A DNA stretch of 55,319 nt, filler included, from Jimgerdemannia flammicorona (lineage: Eukaryota): assembly GCA_003990765.1 (NCBI GenBank). It is 2 parts of 2 records of this genome, joined end to end, with 100 filler letters (N's around TTAATTAATTAA, not from the genome) between each part and the next. Parts side by side here need not be neighbours in the genome. Positions count along the whole stretch, not along the records: positions 1 to 27,628 come from RBNJ01000618.1; 1 more part is not named here. One strand, given 5' to 3'. Below are positions 11,276 through 25,251 of the stretch, one piece after another (positions within the stretch are counted from its first letter, which is position 1; every line of letters starts with the position of its first letter). The notes under the pieces are model-generated. The model did no database searches, was not told where the DNA came from, and saw only the letters and a list, made by a program, of their open reading frames with translations. The position numbers were made by a program, and so were the translations under genes.

Positions 11276-14200
11276 TAGATCTCTTCCTGATATATCTCAT
11301 GTTATATAAATATATCACCTACTTTTATACTATTCTTTGGAGAAAAGTCTTAAAAATATATTTTTGAATCAGAGTTCTACAGAGTATACTAGATAGGGTA
11401 GCCTCAGTATATTCAGCTGACAGTATGTAGAGAGGGGTCAGAGAGCAGAGTTGGGAATACTAAGCACTTTATTAGGAGGAAGGAGGGTCAGTGATAGTAG
11501 AGAAGGAGGTATAGTATAGTTAGAGAGAAAGCAGATGAGCTTTACTAATAAGGTCAAGCAGAGGGGTCTAGTGACTAGACTGGATAGATGACTATAGGGT
11601 AGCAAGTAGAAAACTACTATTGGGAGACTGGAAGGGGCTCTCTTGAGAGTGTTGAGAAGAAGGGCTAGTAGAGTAGTAGCTGGGAGTATGACTGCTGATA
11701 GAGCAGTAACTGGCAATCTGTAAAAAAAATCCAGATATAACTACTGATGGTGGGGCTGAGAAGATGAGGCCTGGGTGGATAGGGGATCTAGCAGATAATA
11801 TAATAGGCCTAGTAGTGGCCCCATTACTCAAGAAGTCAATCTCAAAGTTTGCAGTTACTTTGTATTTCTAAGGCTTGACAGTAATAGTAAAAATGATCTT
11901 AGGGCTAATTGCTAAGCAGATGGAGGATATGGTATCCATGAAGTTTCTGAGGAGTTTGGAAGAGGTGGAGGTAGGCTTTGAGGAAGTTAGGCCATTAGAG
12001 GACATGCTGAAGGCTGGGCTGACTATTGGGGAGGTATATATCCTGATGGTATACTACTTGAGATAGGACCCCAGGGTGGTGTAACTACTGGTGAAAGGAG
12101 TACCTACAGTGACTACTGTAGAGATGAAGAGGAGAGTTGAAGAAGTAATAGCCAAGTATGGAGAAGTGGTCAATGTGGGGTTTTGGGTCTGGAAAGAGAC
12201 CTTATTCAGGACAGGAGATGTTGATATCTGGATTTGGCTGGCTAGGAGGAAGACTACAGAGAAGACTCATAATTGGCCATTGGTAATAGTGTGGGGGGCC
12301 TTTATGTACAAGGTGATGAGAGTAAAGGAGAGTGAGGAGGAGGAGAGATATTAGAGGAGCTAAGTGGTGTGATAGAGAAGAGGACAAAGACTTGGAAGAT
12401 ATATATAGAGTTGATATATTTGAAGATAGTAGATAGGAAGTAGGTCTATATTGATAAGAGGCTGTGGAAGAGGTCTCAAGAATGTAAGAGACAGAGAGAG
12501 TTGCTGGCAAATCTGGAGGAAAAGGCAAAGAGAGATTCTGGTAGAATTGGGGATACTGGGAGAGCCAAAGCAAGTGTCTGGGCTATTAAAGGTGGGAGGA
12601 ATATAGAGGAGAGTCCAGAAGTGGTCAAGATGGTACCTAGCAAAGACCTATATACAGATGGTATGTTTGAGGTCTGAGAGGATACCCCTCCTCTTATCAG
12701 ATGGGGTCTAGCCTCAAGGGGCCAGATTATAGAAGATATACCTATATAAGATATCCAGCAAGTATACTTTGGAGTTCCTGAGGTGGTGAAAGGAGGACAG
12801 GTGGTAGTGGCTGGTGAGGATGAACTGGCAGATGTCTCTGAGAAGAAGTAAGATGAGATAGCAAGTGCAGGGGCTGATACATCAATACTGGGAGAAGGGA
12901 GATCAGTGACTCTAGGTAGAAAGGAGATGAGTAACCTCCAATATATATATCAGATGATGAATAACTTGGCAGCTAAGGAGTTGAAAGAAGTGGACCTGAG
13001 GGTACTTAGTGATAATCAATAGGCATGAATCTTATATAGAGAAGGAGTAGTAGAGGCCCTAAAGGTAGAGATGCTTGTAGTTTCTTAGAAGAGAAAAGAT
13101 ATAAGATCAATAAGACAAGGAAGGTAGAGCTGGCAGTTGCTGTTGGTGAGCAGACTGCTCTCTGATAGGTGGAGAGATACAGTTTGTAGCTCTGGTAAGA
13201 GGTCTACTTGGAGTATCATGAGGACTTTAAGGAAAAGAAGGATGGAGAACTTACTGAACTACTAGTTGGATTGAAGGCTAAGAGGATTGAAGAGGAGGAG
13301 GTAGCTGTTGAATATGATTTGAACTTGGTACAGAAGGAGATAATGTGGAGCTATAGAGGATGTACTTGATATTTAACATTATTTCTTATGAATAGTACAA
13401 CTAATATTTTTTCTTTAAATATGAATGGGTTATGGGGTTCAGTTCAATGTTGAAACATTTTTACTTAGCTAAAGAGATTGGAGACTGATCTTTTTCTTTT
13501 GCAAGATGTTAGATGTAAAGAAGACTTGGATAGACTAGATTGGATGAAGGAATAGAGAGGTGAAGCAGTTTAGAAAAGCAAGGTTGGGGTTTTGATCAAG
13601 AGTAGTAAAGGAGAGATCTGAAATATAAGGAGCTGAGGTAACTGGTTAGTTTAGAGAGAGTGGGTTTGACCAGATTGGGAGTCTATAATAGTTAGTTCTT
13701 ACTACTACTCTATGGTACAGAGTGAGTGAGTGAAGTGGGTAAGGGGACTCTAGAAGAGTAGGGCCCTTGCTGAGGCTGGAGTGGACATTCTTGATAGGGA
13801 CTTTAATATGGTCTGAGATATGCTAGTAGATAGAACTGATAGAGAGCAGAGAGCTGGGGGCAGGAGTGAGGATCTAGAGATATGAAAGGATGTGAAAAGA
13901 CTAAGCTCTCTAGTAGATACTAATAAGGGGGTCTGAGGAGATAAGAGGGTCTATACACACTGGACAAATGGTTTGGGGACTAGGATTGACTGGGTGCTGA
14001 TGGCAGACTACTGGGGTTTGGATATTGGAAGTCACTGAAGGCTGTATAGTATCTGTAGTCTGATTATTAGAGATTGTTGAGATAGGGTTATTTTGGGGAG
14101 AGTGGAGATAGACTAGGATATTAGTACTTCAACATCTCTCTGCTAGCAGAGGGGGAGCTGTGGAATAAGTGAACTGTGGATATTCAGTAAAAGATTAATA

Positions 14201-16746
14201 GTTGGATCAGTGAGGGCCTTCCTATAGATATTCATTAGAGATAATTGAAGGAGAAGGTGAGAATTTACTGGGAGGAGGCTGATCAGGCTATAGGAAGTCA
14301 GAAAAGAGAGAGAGTATATTGGGCCTCTAGTAGACTCACTCAGTTGCAAGATACTTGAGCCAAGTTGCTGAGTTTGGAGGAGGTTGATGATTGGAGGTTA
14401 GTATATGCCAAATTAGAGATAGTAGAGCTATAAATTATTTTGAGAGAGGAGAAGAAGATGTGTATGAAGGAGATGGTTGCTTGATTGCAGTAGTAGGAGA
14501 TGGAGGAGGGGAGAGGTTCTCTAGATATCTCTCTAGACTGCTCCAGATCTAGCAGACAAAGTAGAGGTGAGATAGTATAGTGGATTTAGAAGATATACTT
14601 GTTTATAGTATACAGTAGATCCTTGGCTCTCTCAAAGAATAATAGGGTAATTTATGGAGTAAGAAGGATAGAGATGCCAATGCTGCAGACATTGAGCTTG
14701 CTCTGGAGGACTGAAACCTGCCTCTGGTAGATAATATTGAGCAGCTATCTTGGCCAGTTCAGAAGGGAGATATTTAGCAAGTTACATATCTCTACTATAA
14801 AGTCAGATACAGCCTCTAGTAAGGATGGGCTCTCTTGGGATTTCTGGAAATAAATAGTAGGGGTCTCTGGTATACTTGGTGAAATAGTAGTATTATGTAA
14901 TCATATTCTCTTAACTAGGAGGTAGGTTGGCAAGCAGGATCTTGGCTTAATGATCTTACTCTATAAAAACAAGAGTAATAGAGAGGATTGGAAAAATTGA
15001 TAGCTGATCATGCTCCTGAATATAGATAGAAAGTTGGTTACCAAGATGATTGTAGCATGTCTACAGTATGTGGCTCAACAGATACTAAATGAAGAGCAGC
15101 ATGACTTTGTTGAAGGCTGACTCATTTGAGATAGTACTACATAGGTGTATGGTATCATTGAGGGGGTAAGGATAAGTAGACTGGATGGGAGACTAGTCTT
15201 TCTAAATCAGAAAAAGCCTATGATTAGATGTAGTATATCTGGCTGGGTAGAGTATTGGACAGAATTGGAGTTCTGTGATAATTTCAGATTTCAATAGTTA
15301 GCCTACTAGAAGGTAACAAAATAGCAATATTATATAACAGATATAGGGGAGTGATCTTCATCCTAGAAAGAGGAGTTTCTCAAGAGAATCTACTTTTACC
15401 TATTCTTTATACTCTCTCTTTAGAACTTCATATTGATAGAATATGGCAGAGAGTGATAGAATTATCAGTGTTCAGAGTCACTTAGAAGGTGGGAGCCTTT
15501 GCAGATAATATGAGATAGGACTTAGCTCTATGGCAGATGTAGAGATATTGAAAAAGATGATGGAATAGTATGAGATATGTTCTGGGGCAAGGTTGAATTG
15601 ATATAAGTATGAGACAATAGTGCTTGGGAATGAGGTGGTGAGAGAGAATATTATTGGAATAATTATTCCAGCAGGTGAGGCTGTGCAGTACCTTGGAGTA
15701 TATCTGTCTATATATAGATTTGTTCTGATTAGAGCCTGGTGAGAGAGTAAGATCTTGAGTTGGAGTGAGACACTTTGGGGCTAGAGAGGGTACCGCATCT
15801 CTCTGGCTGGCAGAGTATCTATTTTGAATATCTATTGGCTGCTAAAGATATGATACTTGATATACTATCTGGACTTTTCTCCTTAAGTAGTGAGATGGTT
15901 ATTAAGGATGACTAAGGATTGGATCTGGGTAGAGTGCTGAAGTCAGATTGGCTAGAGTACTCTGATACTTCCAGTAAATAGAAAGAGTCTTAGTCTAGTG
16001 AATTTCCCAAAGAAACTTCATTATTTGAGAGCTTGATAGTTGAGGAGGACTGTGGAACTACAAGGAGGTGGCTGAGTCTCTTTGATGTAAAAGGTGTAGG
16101 AGATGAGAGTTTCTCTGAGAGGTTTTACAGGGGATCTTCTATTATTAGTAGGCCTGCAGAGCAGTGGGAGACTGTGATTTTGGTAGAAGATTGCTGTGAA
16201 GATATATTGCATTGGACTGTAATAGTAGAGTGATAAGAGAGAGGTATTTTGGAGGCCAGTGATATAGTATTGGGATAGACTCCTGCTTGGGGACTCTTTT
16301 TTTATTAAATTTGACATTAGGAATAGGGTTGAGTATTAGTGGGAGATGAGACTAGATGTGTGGCTAGTGGGTTGGTAGGGCATTAGTATAGGTGAGGAGT
16401 AGAACTGGGCTGGAGTTTGGTCCTAGAGTACTGCAGTTAAGCAGTGGCTTCCTCTCAAGTTCTGGGTGGTATAGTGGTATATACTAAGAAGAAATGTCAT
16501 ACTGAACTTCCACTCTGGACACTTGGTTGAGGGTGGGGAGTTTGAGTGTGAGGTTTGCCTTAATGTGGGATAGGAAGGGGGTTTTGTACAGATACCTGAA
16601 CATTGGCTAGGGGAGTCTAAGATGCTTGGAGACTTTTGGATTACTATAGAGAAGTATCTGGGGGTTCAGAGGAGGAGATATATGGTGGGGGGCTGTTGGG
16701 AGGACTTGAAGGAGTGGTTTGTAGAAAGAGTAGAGAATGAGTAACT
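11276..16746 (+). mobile_element. L1/Tx1-type LINE, copy A (near full length, most decayed)
   Basis: 5' end and ORF1 relic collinear with copies C/D. ORF2 relic starts at ~13388 (MNSTTNIFSLNMNGL, APE endonuclease), with RT relics (KNK..REDWKN, FLNQKK, VGAFADN, YLGVYL) and a Cys/His knuckle relic (ECEVCL..TPEHW) at ~16545-16610. Many C>T/G>A stops. Confidence 0.88.
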
Positions 16747-19700
16747 AGGGTTGATGGTTGGAGAGGTGTGTGTTCTGATAGTATACTGCTTGAGATAGGA
16801 CCCCAGGGTGGTGTATTTGCTGGTGAAGGGGGTATCTATGGTGACTACTAAGAAGACAAGGAGGAGAGTTAAGGAAGTTATAGCCAAGTATAGTGAGGTA
16901 GTCCATATTGAGTTCTGGGTCTGGGAGGGGACCTCTTTTAGGACTAGGAATATAGATGTTCAAATTTGATTGACAGAGAAGAAAGCAATCAGGAAGGCTA
17001 GGGACTGGCCTTCAGTAATAGTCTGGGGGGCTTTCTTATATAAGGTGATAAGGGTGAAGAGGAGTAAGGAGGAGGAAGAGGATCTGCTGGAGATACTGGA
17101 AGAGCTGAGCAGTGCTGTAGAGTAGAGAGCTAAGGCTTGGAAGGTGTATATCAAGTCAACATATTTGAAAGTGGTAGATGGAAAGAGAATTCAAATAGAT
17201 AAGGGGTGGTGGGAAAGATCCCAAGGATATAAGAGACAGAGAGAGCTGTTGGTGAAACTGGAAAGTAAGATGAAGAAGAATACTGATGGCATTGAGATCA
17301 TAGAGAGAGCCAAGGAGAGCATCTGGGCCAACAAGGGTAGAGAGAATACAGAGAAGGAGCCAGGAGGGGGAGAGGAGGCAAAGAGAAACAACTCTTATGC
17401 AGATAGTACTTTTGAGGTCTGAGAGCCATTACTGACCCCAATACTACTTATCAGATAAGGTTTGACTTTAAGAAGCAGGGTGGCAGAGGATATGTCTATG
17501 TGGGGAGCCCAGAGAGTATACTTTGGAGTTTCTGAGACAGCAAAGGGGGGACAGGTAGTGGCTGTGAGTAAGGATGAACTAGTGGATATTTAGGAGGAGG
17601 AGTGAGATGAGGCTGTGAGTGTAGAGACTAATATCTTGATGCTGGAAGGAGGGTGGCCAGTGACTCCTAGGGGGGAGAAGGTGAGAAATCTGCTATAAAT
17701 TTGTAAGATGATAAACAACTTTGCAGCAGAGAAGTTGGGGGAGGTGGACTTATGAGTAATGAGTGATGAGTATTGGGTATATATCCTATGGAGTGAGGGA
17801 GTGGTGGAGGCACTGAAGGCAGAGATTCTTGTAGTTTTCCTAGAGGAGAAAGGGTATGAGGTTGATAAGAAGTGAGAGGTTGGGCTGGCAGTTACTGCTG
17901 GTGAGAGGGCTGCTTTCTATTGGGTGGAGCAGTATGGGTTGAAGCTCTGGCAGAAGGTCTGTCTGGAATATTATGAAGAATTTGAGAAGGAGAATGAGGA
18001 GATTATGGAACTGCTGACTGGACTGGAGGCTAAGAGGACTGAAGAGGAGGAGAAAGCTACAGAACATGATCTGGACCTGACTCAGAATGAGATATATATA
18101 GAGTAGTAGAGGATATACTTACTATTATACATTATTCCTTATAAACAGTATAACCAACATTTTCTCTTTAAATGTGAATGGGCTCTAGGGTTCATTTTAT
18201 TATAGAAACATTTTTGCTTAGCTAAAGGGATTGGAGGCTGATTTCTTTCTTTTGCAGGATATCAGATGCAAGGATAATTTGGATAAACTGTAATGAACAA
18301 AGGAATGGAGAGGAGAGGCAGTTTGAAAGGGCAAGATTGGAATTCTGGTCAGAAAGGGCAGAGAGGAGATATGAGATGTGCAGTATTAGGGAGACAGGCT
18401 GGTCTGAAGTGAGTGAATTTGCACTGGTTGGGAACTGGTTATGGTTGGATCTTGCTACTATCCTATAGCATGAGGTAAGTATATAGAGTGGGTGAAGGGT
18501 CTCCAGAAGAAAGGAACTCTGGCAGGGGCTGGAGTGGATATGCTTGGCAGGAACTTTAATATGGTCAGAGATACACTGTTGAATAGAACTGATAAAGGGT
18601 AGGGGGTGGAGGGAAAGAGTGAAGGTTTGGAGGTATGGGAGGAAGTAGAGAGGCTGAGTGCTTTGGTGGATGCTGGCAGGGAGCTGTAGGGTAACAGAAG
18701 GGTATACACACATTGGGTGAGTGGTCTGGAGATGAAGATTGACTGGATTTTGACAGCAGACTGCTGGAGTCTAGATGTTTGAGAGTCTCTGGAGGTGGAA
18801 TGGTGTCTGTGGTCTAACCATTGGGGACTACTGGGACAGGGTCATTTTGGGGGGAGTGGGGATGGACTGAGACATTGGTGCCTCAACTCCTCTCTGATAG
18901 ATAATAAGATACTGTAGGATAAGTGGGCTAAGGATATTTGGTAGAGGGTGGAGGAGTGGATACAGGAGGATACCTCAGTTGACATTAAGTAAATGAGACT
19001 GAAGGAGACTGCTAGGGTCTATTGGAGGGAGGCAGGCACAGCAGCTGGGAGACAGAGGAGAAAGAAGAAGTTGTGGGCCTCTGCTAGATTGATGAGACTG
19101 TTGGAAGATTGGACAGGTTTGGTGGCCCTGAAAAGAGTAGAGGATTAGAGATTACTATAGATGAAAAAAGAGGTTGTGGAGTTGCAACAGGTATTATGGG
19201 AGGAGGAGAAAGTACAGATACAGAATATGACAGTGTGTCTATATTAGCAAGAGCAGGAGAAAGGAGAGAGGCCCTCTAAGTTTCTCACAAGAGATCTTTG
19301 AGCAAGGAGGGTTCAGTAGAGGTAGGAGGGAGTTCTCAACTCTGAGAGGACATTAGTGCATGATGTATAAGATATTCTTAGGTCACTGAAAGAGCAGTGG
19401 AGTGAATTGTAGAGTGAGGAGAAGGGTGGGGCAGATGATGCCATCATTGGTCTTACCTTGGAGAATTGGTATCTACTATAGGCAGAAGGGCTGAGCAATC
19501 TGATGATGCTGGTATAAGAGGAGGAGATTTACCAGATTCTTGTCACAACTATACAGAATATAGCATCAGAGAAGGATGACCTGCTCTGGGCCTTCTGGAA
19601 GAAGATGGTAGATATCCCCAGTATGCTGAGAGAGTTGAGAGTACTTTGTGACTTAGTACTGCAGTCTGAGAGATGGGTATGGGAGCAGGATCTGGGGCTG

Positions 19701-20313
19701 GTGGCACTGCTATATAAGAACAAGAGTAGGAGGGAGGACTGGAAGAACTGGAGGCTGATCATGCTATTGGATATAGACAGAAAGTTGATTACTAAGGTGG
19801 TAGTAGTGAGGCTGCAAAAGGTAGCCCAGCAGGTCTTGAGGGTAGAGCAGTGGGGATTTGTCAGAGGCCAACTTATTCAGGATAGCATAGCTTGGATATA
19901 TGGTATTATTAAAGAGACATAGACCTGTAGATTAGATGGGCACCTGGTCTTATTGGATCAGGAGAAGGCATATGACTGTGTTCAGAGGGTCTGGTTGGCT
20001 AAGATACTAGATAGAATTGAAGTCTCTCATTAGTTCTAAGCAGCAATGGTCAGTCTACTAAAAAGGAGCAGGGCTGCACTCATATATACATAATGAGCAT
20101 CAAGAGATAGCTTTCCCTCTGGGTAGGAGTGTTTTCCAGGGGGACCTGCTGTCTCTCATTTTGTATGCACTCTCCTTAGAGCTCTTAATGGATAGAATTT
20201 GGCAGAAGATAGAAGAGCTTTCAGTTTATAGCATTGAGTGGAAAGTTGATACTTTTGCAGATGATATGGTAGTAGGCCTGGGTTTGATTACTGATGTTGA
20301 GGAACTCAAGGAG
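16747..20313 (+). mobile_element. L1/Tx1-type LINE, copy B (5'-truncated inside ORF1, interrupted just after the RT FADD motif)
   Basis: Starts mid-ORF1; APE relic from ~18140; RT motifs LLYKNKSRREDWKNWRLIMLLDIDRKL, EQWGFVRGQLIQD, LDQEKAYD, GVFQGDLLS and DTFADDMVVG. Confidence 0.9.
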
Positions 20314-20325
20314 ACTACCTGTGAG

Positions 20326-23300
20326 CAGACATCTCTCTGTGGTATCTCTCAGGTTATACAACTTTTGGAAAGCAACTACAATATTATTTTTGGAGAAAAG
20401 AGACTAGCAATATAGCATCTGACAGACAATCTGAGGTACGTACTGGGTAGGACAGCCTGAGCATGTTTAACTGGCAGCATATGGAGAGAGGCCCTGGCCT
20501 GAGGGGAGGTATGAGGGGGCTGCTGGCAGGTGGACATGGAAAGGAAGGAGGCAGTAGTAGAGGACAGAGATCTGGGAGAGTGAGCTTTGCTGAGATGGTA
20601 AAGAGGAGAAGGCAGACATCAGAGCTAGAGGGTTGGTTGAGGAAAGGCAAGGAAATAGAGAAGGTGACAGTACAGAGGGGGGTAGCCTCTGGCAGAGGAG
20701 GCAGTGGAGCTGGAGGTGTAGTGGCTGGGAGGAGTGTGATGGCTGATGGAGATGGGACTGCTAATCTGGAAAAAATCCAGATGTGACTGTGGATGATATA
20801 GCTGAGTGACTGAGGCTTGGGAGACAAGGAGATCTGGCAGATAGTGTGACAGGTCTGGCAGTGGCACCATTACTCAAGAAATTGATCTTGGCATTTGCAG
20901 TGACACTGTACTTCTAGGGCCTAGTAGTAATGGTGAAAATGGTACTGGGGCTGATTGCTAAGTAGGTGGCTGGAGCAGTGTCCATAAAGTTTTTGAAGGG
21001 ACTGGAGGGAGTGGAGGTGGGCTTTGAAGAGGCTGAGCCTTTGAAGGAAGCATTGAAGGTTGGATTAATAGTTGGGGAGGTGTGTGTTCCAATGGCATAA
21101 TGCCTGAAATAGAATCCCAGAGTGGTCCAACTGCTGGTAAAAGGAGTGCCTACAGTGATGGCAATGAAGATAAGAAGGAGAGTTGAGAAGGTCATGGCAG
21201 AGTATGGAGAGGTGGTGGATATTGGATTCAGAGTCTGGGAGAGGACCTCACTCAGGACTGAGAATGTGGATGTGAGGATTTGGCTGGCAGAGAAGGAGGC
21301 CACTGGGAAGGCAAGGGACTGGCCTTCTGGTATGGTCTGGGGGGTGATCATGTGTAAGGTAATGAGGGTGAAGGGGAGTGAGGAGGAGGAAGAGGACTTA
21401 TTGGAAGTACTAGAAGAGTTGAGTAGTGCAGTGGAGCAGTGGGCAAAGGCTTGGAGGGCCTTTGAGGAGGCAATGCACTTGGAGGTGGTGGATGGGAAGT
21501 GGATTCAAGTGAGCAAGGAGCAGTGGGAACAAGATCAGAGATAAAAGAGACAGAGGGAACTGCTGGTGAAGATGAAGAGTGGGTCTCAGAAGGATATGAG
21601 CAGGATGGTAGATATAGGGGGGGCCAAAGTGAGTGTCTGGGTAGATAAGGGAAGTGGGAGTGCTGGGAAGGGGACCAGTGAGAACAGGGAGGTGACTGGC
21701 AAGGACTTGTATGCAGATGGTACTCTGGAGATTTGGGATGAGACATGAGAGGACTCCCCTACCCCTACTCCCCTTATCAGGCAGGGCCCAGCTTCCTGAA
21801 GCAGGGTGGTGGAGGATGTGCCAATGCAGGGGGCCCAGTGAGTGTAATTTGGAGTTCTGGAGGTAGCAAAAGAGGGACAAGTAGTGGCAGTCAGGGAGGA
21901 GGAACTGGTAGATGTCCCAGAGAAGTGGAATGAGGCTGTGAGTGCTGGGGCTGATACCATGATGCTGGATGGTGGGAGGCCAGTGACCCCTGGAGGAAAG
22001 GAGATGGGGAATCTACTTTGGATGTGCAGGATGATGAACAACCTAGTGGCTGAGTGAGCTGGGAGAGGTGGATTTGAGGATAATGAGCGATGAGCATTGG
22101 GTGAGGATCCTACAGGGGGAGGGGGTGGTGATGGCATTGAAGGCAGAAATTCTTATAGTGTATCTGGAGGAGGAAGGCTATGAGGTAGATAAGGAGCAGG
22201 AGGCAGAGATGGTGGGAGTCATGGGAGAGAGGGCTGAATACTGCTGGACCAAGTGTCATAGATTGCAGCTCTGGCAGGAAGCCTGTCTGGAGTACTAAGA
22301 GGAATTCGAGGAGAAGGCAGATGGGGAGATGAATGAGCTGTTGGCTAGACTGGAGGCTCAGAGGGTTGAAGAGGAGGTGGTGACCACAGAACATAATCTG
22401 GACTTGGCATAGGAGGAGATGAATATAGAGTAGTAGGGAAAGCTTGATAATATACCATTCTTCACTATGAATAGTATAACTAATATTTTTTCTTTAAACA
22501 TAAATGGGTTATGGGGCACTTATTAATATAAGAACATTTTTACTTAGCTGAAGAATTGGAGGCTGATCTCTTCCTCTTGCAGGATGTCAGATGTGAGGAT
22601 GATTTGGATAGACTGGAATGGACGAAGGAGTGGGGAGGTGAGGTAGTCTGGAAGGGCAAGGTTGGGATTCTGGTGTGGAAAGACAGAGAGGAGATAAGAG
22701 ATATGTGGAGCTGGGGAGATAGATTGGTCTGAAGAGAGTGGATACACACAGGTTGGGAGCCAGTTATGGTGGGCTCCTGTTATTGCCCTACAGTATGGAG
22801 TGAGTATGTGAATTGGATGAAGGGCCTACAGGAGAGTGGAATTCTTGTAGAGGTTGGGGTAGATATGCTAGGTGAGAACTTCAATATGGTCTGAGACATA
22901 TTGAGGGATAGAACTGATAGAGGATGAGAAGCTGAGGGTTGGAGTGGAGGACTGGCAGCATGAGAGGAAGTGAAAAGACTGAGTGCTCTGGTGAATGCAG
23001 ATAGAAAATATTGGGGAGATAGAAGAGTATACACACACTGGGCTGGGGGCCTGGAGACAAGGATTGATTGGATTCTGACAGCCAGCTGCTGGGGCTTGGA
23101 TGTTTGGAAGTTGCTGGAGGTGGAATGGTGTCCTTGGTCAGATTATTGGGGGCTTTTAGGGCAGGGGCATCTTGGGGGGAGTGGGGATGGGCCTGGACAT
23201 TGGTGTCTCAATTCCTCCCTACTAGATGATAAGATCCAGTGGGATGAGTAGGCTGAAGACATTCAACTATGAGTGGAGTGCTGGAGGTAGGAAGGTGCCA

Positions 23301-25238
23301 CAGTTGGTATTTGGTGGATGAGGATGAAGGAGATGGCCAGGACCTTCTGGAGTGAGACTGGGAAGGAGACAGGGAAACAGAGGAGATGGTGGGTGAAGTG
23401 GGCTTCTAGTAGACTGTCTAGACTCTTAGAGGACTGGGCAAGACTGGTGACATTGGAGGGGGAGGAGGACTGGAGATTGATAAGGGTAAGAATGGAGGTG
23501 GTTGAGCTATAACAGGTGCTGCAAAATGAGGAAGAGGCAAGGGTCCAGGGTCTGGCAGTGCAGCTTCATTGACAGGGATTGGAGGAAGGGGAGCAGCCCT
23601 CAAAGTTTCTCACAAGAGTCCTTTAGGTGAGAAGAGTGCAACAAAGATGAGAGGGGGTGCTGAATGCTGATGGTACATTGGTGTATAGTGTGCAAGACAT
23701 TCTTGGATCATTAAAGGAGCATTGGAGTGGATTGTGGAGTGAAGAGGAGAGTGGGGCAGATACTGAGGACATTGACTGAGTATTGGAGGATTGGCACCCT
23801 ACATGAGCAGATGAGCTGAGTAACTTAGTAATACTGGTACAAGAGGAGGAGATCCACCAGATTCTTGCCATAACAACCTTGGGTATAGTACCTAGAGAGG
23901 ATAGTCTGCTCTGGGACTTCTGGAAAATGATGGTGGAAGTTCTAGGAGTACTGGGAGAGATGACAGCACTGTGTGATTGAATTCTACAGACAGGGAGATA
24001 GGTGGGGGAACAGGATCTGGGGCTGGTGATGTTGCTTTATAAGAACAAAGGAAGGTGAGAGAACTGGAAGAACTGGAGACCAATTATGTTACTGGATATG
24101 GACAGAAAGTTGGTTACCAAGGTGGTGGTCACAAGGTTGCAAAAGGTGGCCCAGCAAGTCTTGGGTAATGAGCAGAGGGGCTTTGTGAGAGGCCAGCTCA
24201 TCAGGGATGGCATAGCATGGGTTCATGGAGTTATTGAAGGGGTGCGAGCCAGTGGACTGGATGGGCATCTGGTCTTTCTGGACCAGGAGAAGACTTATGA
24301 CTGAGTGCAACAGGTCTGGCTGGTGAAAGTATTGGATAGAATTGGGGTCCTGCACTAGTTCAGGACAGTCATGGTCAGCCTTCTGGAAGAAAGTAGGACT
24401 GCACTCATATGTAATAGACACAGAGGGGTAGCATTTCCCCTGGGTAGGGGGGTGCTCCAGGGGGACCCACTGTCCCCCATCTTGTATGCTCTTTCTCTGG
24501 AGCCCTTTATGGACAGAATCAGGCAGAAGATAGTGAGGCTCTCTATCTTTGGCATTAGGTGGAAAGTAGGGGCATTTGCAGATGACATGGTGGTCAGCCT
24601 GGGATTAATTGCAGATGTTAGAAAGCTCAAGGAAATAGTGGAGTGGTATGAGATGAACTCTGGGACTAGGCTTAATTGGTATAAGTATAAAACAATGGTG
24701 TTAGACAATAGTCTGGTGAGAGGGGAGATTATTGGTACCATTGTCCCTGCTGGTGAGGCAGTAAGTACTTGGGTATTTATCTGTCAGTATATGGGTCAGT
24801 TCTGTTCAGACTTTAGTGGGAGCAGAGGGTTGGTATCTGAGAGGAGGCCCTGTGGAGTTGGGGGGGCTGCCAATTGTCTCTGGCAGGATGTGTTTTGATT
24901 CTGAACATCTATTGGCTACCAAAGTTATAGTATCTGGCTTATCATCTGGACTTCCTAGCTTGGGTGATGAAGTGATTGATGAAGCTGACCAAGAGATAGA
25001 TCTGGACTGGAAGGAGGAGTCAGATCAGCTGAGAGGTTTTGTCCTTACTGGTGGTGAGTGAGAGACTTGGGCTGGTTGACTTTCCTAAGAGGCTACACTG
25101 CTTAAGAGCATGGTGGCTGAAGAGAGCAGTGGAGTTGAGAGGGGGTGGTTGGGTCCCTCTACTGCAGAAAGTCTGGGAGATGAGATCTTCTCTGAGGGGT
25201 TCAACTGGTGATCTCCTAGCACTTGTTGGCCTTCAGAA
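20326..25238 (+). mobile_element. L1/Tx1-type LINE, copy C (5' end present, interrupted downstream of RT)
   Basis: 5'UTR and ORF1 (RVSFAEMVK); APE motifs (YTHWAGGLETRIDWIL, PWSDY, GPGHWCLNSSLL); RT motifs (FLDQEKTYD, GRGVLQGDPLSPILY, VGAFADDMVV); LGLVDFPKRL. Confidence 0.92.
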
Positions 25239-25251
25239 TACAGAACAATTG